64,000 nt of DNA. Source: Macrostomum lignano. Its lineage: Eukaryota. Position 1 is the stretch's first letter. The number at the start of each line of letters is the position of its first letter. Location: positions 1 to 64,000 of the forward strand of contig NIVC01000899.1 in the NCBI GenBank assembly GCA_002269645.1. The letters are read 5' to 3'. Both the position numbers and the translations under genes were made by a program. The notes under the pieces are model-generated. The model saw only the letters and a list, made by a program, of their open reading frames with translations, did no database searches and had not been told where the DNA came from. This document shows, one piece after another, positions 24,248-37,574 of the stretch.

Positions 24248-27200
24248 TCACTGCCCGGTCAGCGACTCCCACTGGGCTCGATTGCTCAGGCAGCCGTTGC
24301 GCAGTTCGTGCAGTTCGCTGCAGATTTCGCACAGCAGCTGAAATTGCAATTGAAATAATATGAGCCGGCAATCTACTTGTAGTAGCGTATAGTTCGAATA
24401 ATTTTTTTCTACTAGATGTACTCTAGATGTATTCAACGATTGCAATCTGTACGCCGCAGCAGAGATGTCGGAATTAATGTAACCAGGTACATATACAGGA
24501 GTTTCTACCTCGTATCCGTAATCTACAGAAAAAAGAATTCCAAGAATCCCTTATGTGTTTTGTATGCATTTTCAGTCAGCCTTGATTGTCATAATCACTC
24601 TTTTAACTGTTGATCAACTATAGCATCAATTTTGAGTTCAGTTCAGGAGTCGGCAAACTTTTTAACTTAAGGGACAGATTTGGAATCTAGCGAGGGACAG
24701 ATTTGGAATCTAGCGAGGGACAGATTTGGAATCTAGCGAGGGACAGATTTGGAATCTAGCGAGGGACAGATTTGGAATCTAGCGAGGGACAGATTTGGAA
24801 TCTAGCGCGTGACTGCGGACCACACAGAGGAGAGAAGAGGAGAAGAGAAGAGGGGTGGAGAGTGGAGAGAAAGAAGAGGAGAGGGGAGAGGAAATTAGAG
24901 AGAAAAGAGAGTTGAGATAAGACACCAATCTTGAGTGAACCAGATTGCTATTGAAGCCGTACGTGACCTGTGGGCCAGAGTTGCCGCACCCGCTGACCGA
25001 CCGGAGTTTATCCCATTCGGTATGCCCGATTCAAACTACTGATGACTGACTCACAGTGTAGACGGGCAGGCAGACAAAATCGATGAAATCCACCTGCATC
25101 TTTGGCAGCTTCTGCTGCTTGGCGCGATCCTTCTGATCCTGAAAAGGCACAAGTTGAGAGATTGCTGCCCAGCTTTTCGATCAGGACTTTCAGGACCCAA
25201 CAGAAATGAAGTTCGCTGGTTACACCCGAGCAGTCACACAGCACGTAAACATATCCCCCCGACTCTCTAATTGTCACGCAGATGTTGTATTCTGGCCCTC
25301 ATCAGCGGAGAATGCAGAAGTCCCACAAATGTTGGAATCAAACCCGGGATATTTGATACGGGTGCTGTACTTTGCTCCTCTTTCATTCATAATTCATTCA
25401 TTTCAAGATGAAGTTTGGCCATCAAATCCAGCTACCTCATTTCTTACTAGTGTTGAAATTTAGTATATAGGATGTTAAAAGTGTAACTTTTAAACATCTA
25501 GAACCAGTAAGAATTGAATTTTCAACTGTTCGTGATTCGAAGTTCAGACGCGTTTGCCGCTGAGCCACTCTGACCTCGGCTCCAGCCCAAAGCTTCAATC
25601 CAAAACTTACATCAGGCTGCAGGTGCAGCTCCTGCTTCTCCCTGTCGCCCTGCTCGTAGAACTCGCTGGCCACCAGAAAGGCGACCTTTTTTTGCACCGA
25701 CCAGGGCTTCGTGATGGCGCTGAGATCCGCTGCGGTCATCAACAGTCCCAGCAGCAGGTCCTGGTGGGCCGTCTCCGACCAGTTGAATGCTCTGTCGGTG
25801 ACGAGCTGCTGTAGAACTTTCCTGCAACAGAACGGAATTGCAAAAATTTACAATTCTGCAATGTTTATCAAAATTGATTTAGAATCACTGGTTCTGATAC
25901 TCGTTGACAAAGTTTGCATCAACAATTTCACCTGGCGGCCATGTGCTTCTGTAAATCTGTAGCTAGAATGCACTTCTCTATGGTGGCAATGCAGCGCTCG
26001 TACTGCGACTGGGACAGTGACGACAGGATGTCGCAGCCGTTGATGGAGAGCAGCATGATGCACTGGTTGAAATGGTGCCTCTCCAGCATTGATGACGAGT
26101 ATAGCTGGGCGAGCGGGGACAGGGTCAGCCGTTGAAATTTGTTGTCTGTGCCTCGATGGTCCAGGTCGTGGCAGATTGAAGCAACTAGCAGGGCCAGCTT
26201 GTCCAGACGATTGAGGCCTCTGAGCTCTGGCGATGTCTGAAATGAAATTGATGCGAATAAAAGAAAAAATTTGTGCATGGAAATACATTTTTAGAATGTT
26301 AGAAAGAAGGAAGCCATCTTATTTAGGTAGACAGGAGAAGCTTTATTAGCGTGGGAGGCAGCTGGTCCAGGAAGAAAAGTCCGATGAAGGTGATGGGAAG
26401 CTAATTCAAGTTAGAGAGCTCTTTTAACGCAAGAATCTTATTAAAGTAGGGAAGCTCGTTCAAGTAGGGAAGCTTGTTTAAGGAGGAAAGCTCGTTTAAT
26501 TGAAGAAGCTTGTTTAGAGAAAGGTAAGCTCAATTCAGGAGTGCCACACGGGTCGAAACGGAGTTGGAAGGCGTACCCTGCCATGCGTTTCCTACTGCTT
26601 GCTTTGTCGAACTGTCTCAATGCTCTTCTACCTAAAGTTTACCGCAGCTCAGTCACGTGTATATTTCCATATTACCTTCTATTCAATTGCTCTTATCAGA
26701 ATATATAAGCCTCTTTACTCCACTGTTTTATTCCTGAAGAGGAAGCAAAGGCAATTCTGCGTGGCTCAGTATTTGAGGAAAATATGATCCCCGTGCACTG
26801 CTAAGCTGCAGTTGCATTCGGTTGCAGGCAAGCAGCGTCTTGTGCTGCTGAGGATTGTCTGATAAGAGCATGAGCACCCAGCTCTGCCTATCCGATCCGT
26901 CACCGAAGGGATCCCGCAGCCTCCAATAGGGATCAAATCAAGTCGTGATTATACTAGCAAAGATTTGCGTGCAAGCCTGACGAGAAGACTCGATTTTTTG
27001 CTGATTGTACGACAAACTGCATGCAAGGCTCGGTTCTTCACATGGCACGAATGTAATAACAATGTATAAGATGTAGGATTTCTCTGTAACTAAATGCATT
27101 GTCGTGCAGCAGCGATATGCTCGTATTCTTTTCCTGGAGTAAATACAGCGGCAAAATGCTATAGAGCAAGCACTTGAATCCATTGATAACGAAGTTAAGC

Positions 27201-30200
27201 ATTAGCCTCGGACATAGTCGAAAGATTATGCTATTGAGGCTATTTGAGCAGACTGATTCGCTGGGTTTTATGGTACAGAATCAGCATCAAAGCATAATAT
27301 TAAAATAATTTCAGGAAGGCTGTGGGGCACCCTGGCGCAATTCCTTCGGTGACATCATCTCACAACCAGCACTGAGGCAATTCTACTCATTCCGCTGACA
27401 CCTGAGCACATGCAGGCACACGGATAGCTCGTATCCTGTTATGTAGGCCCTCAAGGCACTCATTGCAAGACAACACAAATTTTCGTTTTGACGCTGAGCT
27501 GCTCTGTCTTAACGTCAAAAACTTATAGGTACTAAAATTATAGATGCAAACTTTTTGGGGAGAGCGAAGTGACGATAACCGTTTCCTTGCCACAGGTCAC
27601 CGCCATCAAGATATTGCCCTCTCTGTATTTTAGACACTTTTTAGGTGCACTTATTGATCTTACAAGGCAGTCATAAATTCTACCCTACCGCTTCTTGCTA
27701 GTGCTTATGAGCTGAAATGAGTCTGAACTATGGGCCGTTAATTAAAAGAATTATGCTTATTTCGGCTCACCCGCAGCATGGCGAACATGCACTGCGTCAC
27801 GTTCAGCGCGTGCCGCCAATTGTGGTAGGTGACCGCCCGGTAGTTTTTCTTCACGGACAGAATCCAACGGCAGAAGCTGGCGTAGTTTAACTTGAAGGCC
27901 GAGAACAGGCCGGTGTCTTCGAACATTTTGATCACACTTATCAGCGTTTCCTCGTCGCTCATTCTATCCGGTTCGGTTAGACAATGTTTTATGTTTCAAC
28001 ATTTAGCATAGTAGATGGATGAAAGATAAAAAAGCTTTTTTGGAGCAATTTTCCAAGGTGCTTTTTTTCCAGGGCACATAATATCCCGAGCTTCATATTC
28101 CCCAAGTTTCATTTTCACAGTTTAGTACAAGCTGGCACTTTCATAGTCCATATACTCATACCTAATTATACCCAAGAGTACGAGGCGTTTTGAAGCCGTA
28201 AAAATTGGGCAATGTGCAATCTAGGTGATGGTTACTTCATTTTCCATCTATAACTGCAGGAAACGTAAAAAACGTATGAGGGTGTAGTTTTTGCATGCGT
28301 AATGTCGAAAATTTAGAACTGCCGCATCCACATACAAATAAATACGAGCTAGTAGTTATTGTACGTCATTCATCAATCTCATTCCCCGTTTTTGAGCATA
28401 GCAATAGAAAAGCTGCTCACGCCAGATCCGAGAAGGAAAACTCGTTGATGCCCAAGAACCTCGACGACGGTATCAGACACTTGGCCAACTTTTGCGCGTC
28501 CTCACTGGAAGCGACTGCGTGATAGCTGAGCACCTCCAGCGCCACTTGCTGCCGGCGTTTGGCCACCTCGGCTCGTTCGAACATCCGCGTGTTGTGAATG
28601 CCGAGGCCGCAGAACAGGGCGAAGGCCTCCGCCAGCTGCTGGTCGCCGGACGTGAAGGCGCCGCCGTCAGACTTGTTCATCAACAGGCAGAGGCCGGCAA
28701 CGCGCGACTGGGCGTTCTTGATTGGCAAGCAGAGCAGTGCGCTGATGCTCAGGCGCTCCAGCTCCTAACGAGGATTTTAATTAGTATACAAAGTCGACTG
28801 ACCCTGAGCACAACCGAGAATCCGAATACTGTGGCGTATCATAACTTGATTCGAATTACTGCTTGACGATAAATCAGGGAAAGCTTATGAATCAATATTT
28901 GCAAGGATCCCTCCCGTGCGTGTGCCCTGAAAGTCACACAGGCCTCAGGCCAGCATTCCGTGCGGAAGCCCAAATTAATGTGAAATGGTTGTCATCCGAA
29001 AACTTTGATGTCGGACGCGTTACCACTTTGGCCCCTCTTGTAAAGGAAATGAAAATTTTTGATTAATTCCGGCTACACATCACGCAGATGGCGCACTAGC
29101 AGTCACTACGTCCAGGTTCAGTGACGGTGAACTTACTGTCAACCGCATGTCTTCCCTGGGATTCGAAATGTTGAGCGGCTAAAATTCCAAAGTAAATAAA
29201 CAACGTAAGGATATAATACCATTGAAAGATAGAAAATAAAAAATCAGCAATAAAAAATAGGTCTACTAACCTCTCCAGTGTCGCATACAAGACTTATGAG
29301 TTCGCTGTTAAGTAGCATCCTGAAATTGTAAAACAGAAGTCAAAGCGAAGCCAGTAGAGCAAATTAACTTTCGTTTTTAATGGCTTAGCTGAATAGCACA
29401 AAACCGGCCCAACCTGCAATAGTCGGTGACAACAGGAGCCGCTGGCTGTCGGCTTTCTCCGTCGTGCACTGTCGCTGAGTTTGCGTCGTCGTCCTCGAAG
29501 CGCAGCTCGAACGCGTGATCGAACATGCCCTGCAGTCAGGACAACGTTAGGAAATTCTTCAGTATGTGGTGAGGCGTAGCTCGAACTTAATCTAAAACCC
29601 TAGCGTAGTTTTTCTGTTGTATGTCAGTTTGCAAGGAACAGTTTCCCCACATGCACTACAGTTGGCAAGGTTTTTTTAAACTTTTTTACTCCAAAAATAT
29701 CTTGCGATCCTTTGCACGCACCTCAACTGACGTTGGATCGTCGATTAGCAGAATTTGGCACCACCTGCAGGTTGTTATCAACTGCATGTAGTGCATTATC
29801 TTCCTGACCAGGGGATCAAGGTTGTCCTGCTGCTCCGATATTATGCGAACCATGTCTAGAAGTACCTGCGTAGGAGGTTTAAGGGCGAGATTCAAAGGTG
29901 TTTAATAGAAAGAGTTCGTTAACTTTTGTTCAGAATGAATTTGATGAACTCAAAAAGGTACGTAAACTGTCAAAACTTTAAGAAATTTGATCATTTTTTC
30001 CTGATAATTAAAAAATACAGTATATTTTCTTATCAAAAGTTTAGGACTCTTCACTAACTTTATAGTCTGATTGCTGTGCAAACTATATTCCTGTCAAACA
30101 GTCAGAGATCCATTCTCAACGCACGGATAGTAAATGCATGGTAGATTCTGGATAACCGCTCAATTTCTATATTCTGCTGACCAAAAGTCCAAAAGGATTG

Positions 30201-33200
30201 GGAATTGAGTTAAAACAGCCTGTCATTTTACTTGAGAAATTACTGATGAGTAGAAAATATTTCCCGCATTCTCAATGAAGAATGGATAAATTTTGGATCT
30301 ATTACCATCCTTAACGAAGGTAGAAAGCACAACCAAATCATTCCAAAAAAATTAAACCTGATTTCTCTTGGTCTCCAGTTGCGACTGCTTGTACAGTTTG
30401 GCGTTTCGAATTCCAATGCCGCAGAAGGTGAGAAAGGTTTCGAATGTCTGAAAGGAGTGCAGTGTAGAATCATTGCCATCAATTCTGTTTGTTTCCTTGC
30501 CTAATGAAAAGCGACATTACCTTCTCGTCAGTCTCGCTGAACACGCCGCCGTCCCTTTTGTTCACGGCCTGAGTCACCCCGATCACTGCGCCAGTGTGGT
30601 CCTTCACGGGCAGGCACAGGACGCTCTTGGTCCGATAGCCGGTCTGCTTGTCTATCTCGGCGTTGAAACGCTCGTCCTAACGAATGGGGGTTGCGGTTTG
30701 TTTTTGTTGCTTTTCAATCGCAGAGGGTATTCTTCGGGGTGTACAACAGCCCTGATTTTCTCATCGTCCGACATGTACACACTCGTAGTCTTTTTTGTTA
30801 ACGAATCCTCCAACTAAAGTGACCGCGCACGAAGTCGAAGCTGGATACTTTGGTCCACGATTGGTGGTGCAACTTACAGGTAAGTTTCTTCGCAAGCAAC
30901 GCATCTTGAGCTAGATTGTAGGGCTCGATAATGATAAAAAAGGTAAATTTTCTCTAATATTGTAGCTGCATACTCGTAGCTACTGTGACGAGACCCTTTG
31001 TAAGTTCGGTACTAACGGCCATGTAATAAATTGAGTCTTCGCAGTGAGAGACCGTCTTACGGCCTATATATTTGAACAGACAGGATAAACTTCATTGCCG
31101 TTAAATTCTTGGTGGTAAGCTATTGCGGACGGGCTCCACGCGGCGGACCAACCGAAAAGCACGCGCCGAGCGCAAAATAGCGATTTAACAGTCTTTTAAA
31201 TAATATAATATTTCTGTGAAAGATACCGTAAAACAAATTGTAAGCGTACATATTGAAGAACTTGTAAAATTCGCTAATGAATAGTAGATAAATTAATACA
31301 ATACTAAGGAGACATTAATCATACCATATTATTTACGAACAACTAAATATCAACACCGTTACACTACCGTATATAATGAGTCATAATTTCGTCCTTCAAC
31401 CTAAATGGACTGCTTCACACTGTTTCAGAGTCTTTATGAATAAATGTGCATCATGGACCTAGTGCTCTTAGGCATATCTAAGATCGTATAAAACTGGTAT
31501 GTACACATTACCGCTAGACTCATGTGAGGGGGTTCTTTTCTTGCCTTAGCTCAGATTGCGGCGATCTAAATGCAATTAGCTCGCAGTTTCCAAGCTTACC
31601 TGCGGGAAATCAGCCAGACAGCTAAGCTAATTAGCTATAGTGAGAGCGCTCCTCCAGGGAAATCTGCTTTTGACGAATAGGGGCGGTGACAATGTGCCGG
31701 GAGAAAGTTAACGGTCGATTAGGCCAAGGTTGGTAGGAAGAAGAAAAATAAAAGAGATTGAAGATGGTTAGTTGGTTCATAGTAATGAATATGGACAAGT
31801 AAATAGATATGAACAAAGTCTTGTGGGATAGAAATGTTTGAGAGAATCCCCAAGCTACGGCTGTAAGGCTGAACGTTTGAGCCGAAAATTAAATTAATCA
31901 GAAACCTCCTGCCAGGCTGCAAAGGCTTTGGAGAAAGCAGCATTCATCACGGCAAACCTCCTTTACTTCCTGTCAAAGCCAGCTGGGTTTCGTTTGGCAA
32001 TTTGGAAAATTTCTCTCAGTTGCTTTCTCTTCATTATCGAGAAGTTTCTAAGGGAGGAAGATTCTGGCCTCAGTGTGCACTGTTACTCGGCTCAGTGGAT
32101 CGTCCAAGTAATATCTGGGCAGGTAACCACGTTTACTCTCGACATTGGTCTCTCTGCGTAACGACAGAGAAATGACAAATTGAATTAAGTAAACTGATGA
32201 ATATTCCTAAATAGTAGACCCATTGTGAAGACCTTCATTGTAGTCGCTAAGCACACACAAGAACAAGGCTACGCACACAGGCGCACGCTCACGTTTAATG
32301 TTACACTTGCCACAACTTTCTCAACCTCAGGCAGTGTACACTTGCTGATAGGGCTTCATGAGCGGGCCCAAAGCTCTAAATCGCAAAGATCCCAGGTCTT
32401 GCCCCCTCGAAATCTAATCCAGAAACTGGTGATTTGTGAGTAAGTGAGTGGTGAACACAATGAGAGGCTGTCTCTGACGCACTATCCTCAGCGCTACAAA
32501 TGGTCCACTCACATTTTAAAATTCTCCCTTATCTGGAATGCGGCTTACCTGGTACGCGTCCGCAATGCGCACTGGCTCGCCAGTGAGAGCGACGCTGCCC
32601 ACAATGCCCTGACCGATGGGGATGCGGATGGAGCTGTGGTTGGCCAAGATAGTTTCCAAACAGCTGTCCGCAGTGACGTCGAAGAGATTGCTGACCAGCT
32701 CCAGTTGAGACCGACCTGGTGCCGATTCCACCAAAAATAGCGAGCACCTATCTGCGCCTATCAGCAGGCAGACATTGCGCAGGATCTTGTGGCAGAGGGT
32801 GGCCACGTCCAGTTCGTGGAAAATGTCCAGTACCAGCTCGCGCAGCATGCCCTCCTCGGCGAAAGCACGCAGCCCCTGTGCGCCAGACGATGCCGCCGCT
32901 GGCGCTTGCTGCTGCTCAGCAGTCGGCTGCGCTGGCTGTGGAAGAGGCTGCTGCTGAGATTGCTGCTGATGTTTGTTGCTCGTTCCCAGGCCGCTCGGTG
33001 TTCGGCAGCGTGGGTGACGCCACCATGGAGTCAATAATAAAGGAGGCTGAGCCGTCCGTAAATCTCGTCAATAGCGGCGATGAGCTCTGGTTTCGATCCA
33101 GGTAGACGAACTCGCTGGACACTTTACGGATGACGTTGCTACTGCAGGATGTGGACCGAGATACGTTCACGCTGCTTTCGATCTCCTCCTGGATGGCGGA

Positions 33201-33479
33201 GTCTCCCCCGGCTGGCTGCTGCTGCTGGTTCTGCTGCTGGGCTAGCGTTTCCGGGATGCTGTGCCAGTCAAACGAACTGAAACTTGCCCCGTGCGAGCTC
33301 GTAGTTGTTGCCGTACGGACCCGTCGATAAACCCAGGTGTCCACCAGGCGGCGAGTGGCCTTTCGATAGAAGTAGTCCTCAAAGAACTCTGGATGGCTTT
33401 CGAGCCAGGACTCCACGGCGGTTTCGTCAATGGCCGACGAAGGATGCACGGCCTCGCCTGCCTCAGGAGGGTCCGTCAT
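24248..33479 (-). CDS. Dual-GAF cyclic nucleotide phosphodiesterase, PDE5/PDE11-like, about 917 aa
   Basis: Exons (minus) 33479-32549, 30676-30521, 30447-30358, 29865-29722, 29529-29414, 29319-29271, 29178-29137, 28764-28421, 27963-27771, 26236-25932, 25821-25611, 25138-25055, 24337-24248. N-terminal WLESHPEFFEDYFYRKA, GAF-A DERFNAEID..NK..D, GAF-B NKSDGGAF, catalytic YHNWRHA, HDLDHRG, TAADLSAITKPW, invariant Gln in MQVDFID. One +1 frameshift near 32972-32974. An upstream coding exon cannot be excluded. Confidence 0.92.
24644..24995. mobile_element. Decayed hAT/Charlie-like MITE containing a 23-bp tandem array
   Basis: Ends CAGGAGTCGGCAAACTTTTT and GGGCCAGAGTTGCCGCACCCGCTG resemble recalled MER58/Charlie-type termini and are imperfect inverted repeats; no 8-bp TSD found. 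Confidence 0.5.
24670..24807. repeat. 23-bp tandem repeat (AGGGACAGATTTGGAATCTAGCG) x6
   Basis: Six essentially identical units. Confidence 0.97.
31020..31062 (-). ncRNA. Flatworm spliced-leader (SL) exon-like sequence in PDE intron 1 (SL RNA variant, pseudogene or 5' end of a retrocopy)
   Basis: Minus strand reads CCGTAAGACGGTCTCTCACTGCGAAGACTCAATTTATTACATG: 5' CCGT/ACGG mini-hairpin and terminal ATG as in flatworm SLs; about 3 differences from the Macrostomum lignano SL as I recall it. Followed by GCC, not GT; no clear Sm site. Confidence 0.7.
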
Positions 33480-35560
33480 GTTTACGGGCTGACTTCGGTC
33501 CTCTGAATTCACACGGAAGGTTTCAGTTGAGATTCACAATTGTAGGCTCATGAGGAATAAATTCTGACACTAAAATTTTAATAAACCGCTTCTTTCGCTG
33601 AACCCAGTAATTGCTATAGCTACTGCAATAGTTTGTAAACTATTTAAGAACAATTTTCGATTCTAGCCTCGAACAAGCGACGGACATAAAGCCGATGTCA
33701 CCCCTCTCTCTCTCTCTTGGAACTGTGAGCATACTACAAGCTACTTTATTTTGTAATTTTAGATTCTCTCACCTCGGAGTGAAGACGATGTCAGACAGAA
33801 ATTGACCTCCACTGACGGGAACGAATTTTTCTCTAATGAGGATATTCGAACAGCTTTGGAGCAGTCTCTGCCAATTTAAAGCTTTCCTCCCGGAAGATGG
33901 GATTTCCTAGCTGAGCCAATGGCTGCCTGCCCCTACTTCTACTCACTGACTGACTTGCTACAATGCGGGGCAGCACAAACCAGGCATTGTTCAGCTCTAT
34001 CTTGCGGTCTAGACAAGCTGACATATTGACATGAATAAACATAAACTTCCAATCAAAAGCTCACTTCGCTTGGAAGTTTCTTCCAACTGCTTACCTGGGC
34101 CAACACTGTCTTTGGGGGCACTGATTTCTGCAAGCAACTTTTTTCCTGTCGCGTCACTGCTGCTGCATGCTTTGAGCCTTTGTAGCCAGCTTTGTATTGT
34201 CTGCCTGTCTCTCTGTGACGCCTCGATTCACTCCAGTGACTCGCTGAACAGGCTGGCTCAGAGGGCAAAATTTGCTTTGGGCTTTGCTTCTTCCAAACTC
34301 AGTTGTGTGAAAAACCGGGATAAGAAACACACAGAGGGAGAGAGAGAGAGAGGAACAGAATTAGGCCGTTCGCATAGGTGAGGCACGTGGCCGAGGCATA
34401 CGGGCTAATGGAACGGGCCGAATGAGCCTTCCCATGTCCTCACCACTCCACCCACCCATGCACCCACCCCCCCCCAGGTCGGTGTTTAGTGACAGGTCGC
34501 CAGCGAAGCACAGCGCTGCTCGAGCATGGCCCAGTCTGGGGGAGGGCGGGCAGGCTCTGGCTCCGGAGCCTCCGGGGGAGGGGGGAACACGCCGCTGTTA
34601 AAGCAAATAGGTGTGCAGCGGCAAGGCGGCGGAGGGCTGGCCTTGGAGATAACATTTTCAGCTCTAGCGAAGTCTGTTGTCCACCTGAAGCCCCTTCTCC
34701 CCATGCAGCGAAGCGAAACACGACCAGAAACGAATGCTACAGCCGATTGCAGGCATAGAAATGGTTGTTTGAGCACTTCGCTCACACTCAAGCTCTGGCG
34801 CAGCACAGCTGATCTCAATAAGCTTAGTAAGCTAAATGAGCAAAGCCGAACAACCCAGCGAACTAATCGGCAAAATAGATAAAAAGTCTTCACAGCCTTC
34901 ACAACGTGCGACTGGGTCAACCGCCCTACCCGTCCTGCCTTCCATTTGCTAAATACAATTGACAGCGAAGAATTTTTTCAGTTCATTTCAAATTTAAATA
35001 TGTTATAAACTTACCTCTCTACTCAATAGTATAGTAAATATGATGAAGTTTTCTCTCTAAGCTCGTTTAGCTAAATTTAGGAAATAAAAACAATAGAACA
35101 AAAAGTTTTTTCCGCAATGCCGCTTGCACAACATAAAATTATTTCGCTTTGTTGGGCGTACGGTATCAAGTCTTTGTCTTTTCGGATAAGTAGGTAAATA
35201 ACGGGTTGCACAAAGACTTGTCTTCAAGCCAAATTGGATTTTTGATATTTTTGGGCACAACAAGCATTAAAATTCGGAGGGTCAGCTGCTGACTGGGAGC
35301 TGTTAAAAGCTTATTAGCGAGCAAAAGGATCCAACACCCATGTTGTACTGTACAAATCAAGACAAAATCGGGTTTAGAATATTGTTTAATCATTGGTGAC
35401 TACGTGAACATCGAAAATTAAAGCATAGATAAAATCACTGTAAGAGCTGTATAATAGAGACATGCAGACGTGATGAATGGTAAATGATAACAGTTCAGCA
35501 TAAGGTCAGGTCTGACCGTCTGTCCACTTTGTCCCGAAACTCCGAACTCTGTCGCCTTCT

Positions 35561-37556
35561 TCACACGCGACTTCCAGAGGCGGCGCCGGCAACAGCGGGC
35601 GCTTCAACCGTCACCATGACGGACAGCGAGGCAGCCGAATTGGCCAGCGCCTCGTTCGGACAGTTGGTGCCGAGATTCTTCGACCGTTGCATTCTACGGG
35701 AGCGCTCGCGAGCGAACAGGCTTTGCTGCAGCTGGTGCTGCGGCTGGTGCTGGCGCTGGGCCAGAAACAGAGACTGATGATGAGGCGCTCGCGATTCGCT
35801 CTTAGTCAAACTGTAGGCGAAGTTGGTGTGCCGGCGCTGTCTTAGCAGTTTGTACTTCTCCATTTCGATTGTGACGCACGGGCACCAGGCGAAGGCCCGC
35901 TTGAAACCGAGGCGAAAGCTGCAGAGAAACGATTCGAACTTATAACCAACCTAGTCATTTTTAATTGCTTCGTAGTTTTAGTGCCCCAGGCTGATAAGCC
36001 CTACATGTTTGGGTGATTGGCTTACTTGTGATTCATCTTGCAGTAGATAAACGGATTGGGCACAGTACTGCACACGGCTATGAAGTACAGAATGATGAAC
36101 TGCCAAGCCTCCTTCACAGTGAAGAACATCAACTGGTAGGGGATCCAGCAGAGTGCGAAGATCAGCACTACGATGATCATCATCTTTACAATCTGCGAGG
36201 CGAGGAATTCGATGGCTTTTTGTTTTATCGACAGCACCTTTAAAATTTCTAAATTCTAAAGTCAAGTGTCACTGCTTTTTTCACTCTTTAAAGTCTGTGC
36301 ATTTTGCATATTGATGGCAATTTTTATGCTTGTAAGTGTTCATTAACTTTGCCTAAATCACCTTTCTCTTGGCGCGGATATTCTCAGCCTGATGTGTTGA
36401 CACCTGCTCGCCAATTGGCTGCTGCTTCCATAGCCGGATAGCGATGACAATGTAGGTGAATCCGACCACAATCAGGGGCACCAGGCACTGCAGCGTCAGC
36501 AGAATCCAGTTGTACCTGGACGGTTTGATACGTATTCCTAATGTACTTATCTGTAGTTAACAAAACATTCAACAGATGTTTAAAATATGAGTAGAATCTT
36601 AATCTAAAATAGAATCCGCTCACGTCCTTGTCATGTTTTCCTCCATCTTGCAGGACACGGAGCCTGTCAGCTCGTCCACAATGTTGCTGTTCCAAGCCAC
36701 CGGAGCAGCTGTGAGGGTGCTGAATGCCCAGATGAAAACCAGGCTGGATATGATGGTGCCACGTCTTGGCCGGGGGCGCAGTGGATAGACGATTACCATG
36801 TACCTTGATAGTGATTAGAATGAGCGACTGCGTTAGCTTTTAGTACTGGGCTTAACGCAGGATGCTAAGAGTAGTAAGTCAATTCGTAGGAGGGCTTCGG
36901 TCGCATCAGCAAATCCAATGCGACAGTCGGCCCTCATCAGGCCTACCCGCTGACGTCTTGAGCACGCCCACGGATACGTACGCAAGCACACTCACAGGTG
37001 TACAACGCCACGGCCTTGACTTTCTCTTTGTCAGACATGTACGCTCGGTGACTCAGAGGTCACTCCGTCTTCGTAGACAAGAATCATACGAAAAGCCCTA
37101 AGGCCACTTTTTTAATACGACCCCCGAGTGCAGAATCGAACCCGGCTGAGCTGCTCTGCCCAGCTCCGCATTCAGAATGCTAAAATGAAATTCAATCCTC
37201 ACAGGTTTTATTGAAGCTTACCTCTCAATAGCGATAGCCATAAAGGTGAAAACAGACAGAGAAATGGAGAAGGTTGTGATAAAATTAGACAGTCGGCAGT
37301 AAAACAGGCCGAACTTCCACGAGCTGACGATCGCGTAGCAGACGTTCGGCACCACCTGCAGGGCGCAGAGCAGAATGTCCGACAGGCTCAGGTTGAGCAG
37401 GAAGATGTTCGTCACGCTGCGCATCTGGGCGTGCGCCAGGATTATCCAGACCACAACGCCGTTGCCAACGATTGATACGATCATCAGGGCTGAGAAAGCT
37501 GTCCAGATGGCCGCTTGGCTGGCATCGTTGAAAGTGACGTTTTTCTCTGATGGCAT
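35561..37556 (-). CDS. Class A neuropeptide GPCR, tachykinin-receptor-like, about 397 aa from ATG 37556
   Basis: Exons (minus) 37556-37222, 36803-36624, 36515-36362, 36192-36026, 35918-35561, phases consistent. [78 protein letters not shown]. Ligand not assignable. Confidence 0.88.
36900..37190 (-). mobile_element. Diverged SINE related to family A in GPCR intron
   Basis: Minus strand has B-box GGGTTCGATTC and the core GTTGTACACCTGTGAGTGTGCTTGCGTACGTATCCG shared with family A. Confidence 0.6.
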
Positions 37557-37574
37557 TGTCGGAGCTGCAACGGT

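Noticed and set aside
24670-24807. Possible CRISPR arrays (also 59567-59818 and 44370-45670)
   Set aside because: Units are head-to-tail with no unique spacers, there are no cas genes, and the DNA is eukaryotic.
36880-36945. Hammerhead-ribozyme candidate (CTGATGAG followed by a hairpin, minus strand); similar cores at 4331, 25287 and 30243
   Set aside because: The GAAA half of the catalytic core and the closing stems are missing.
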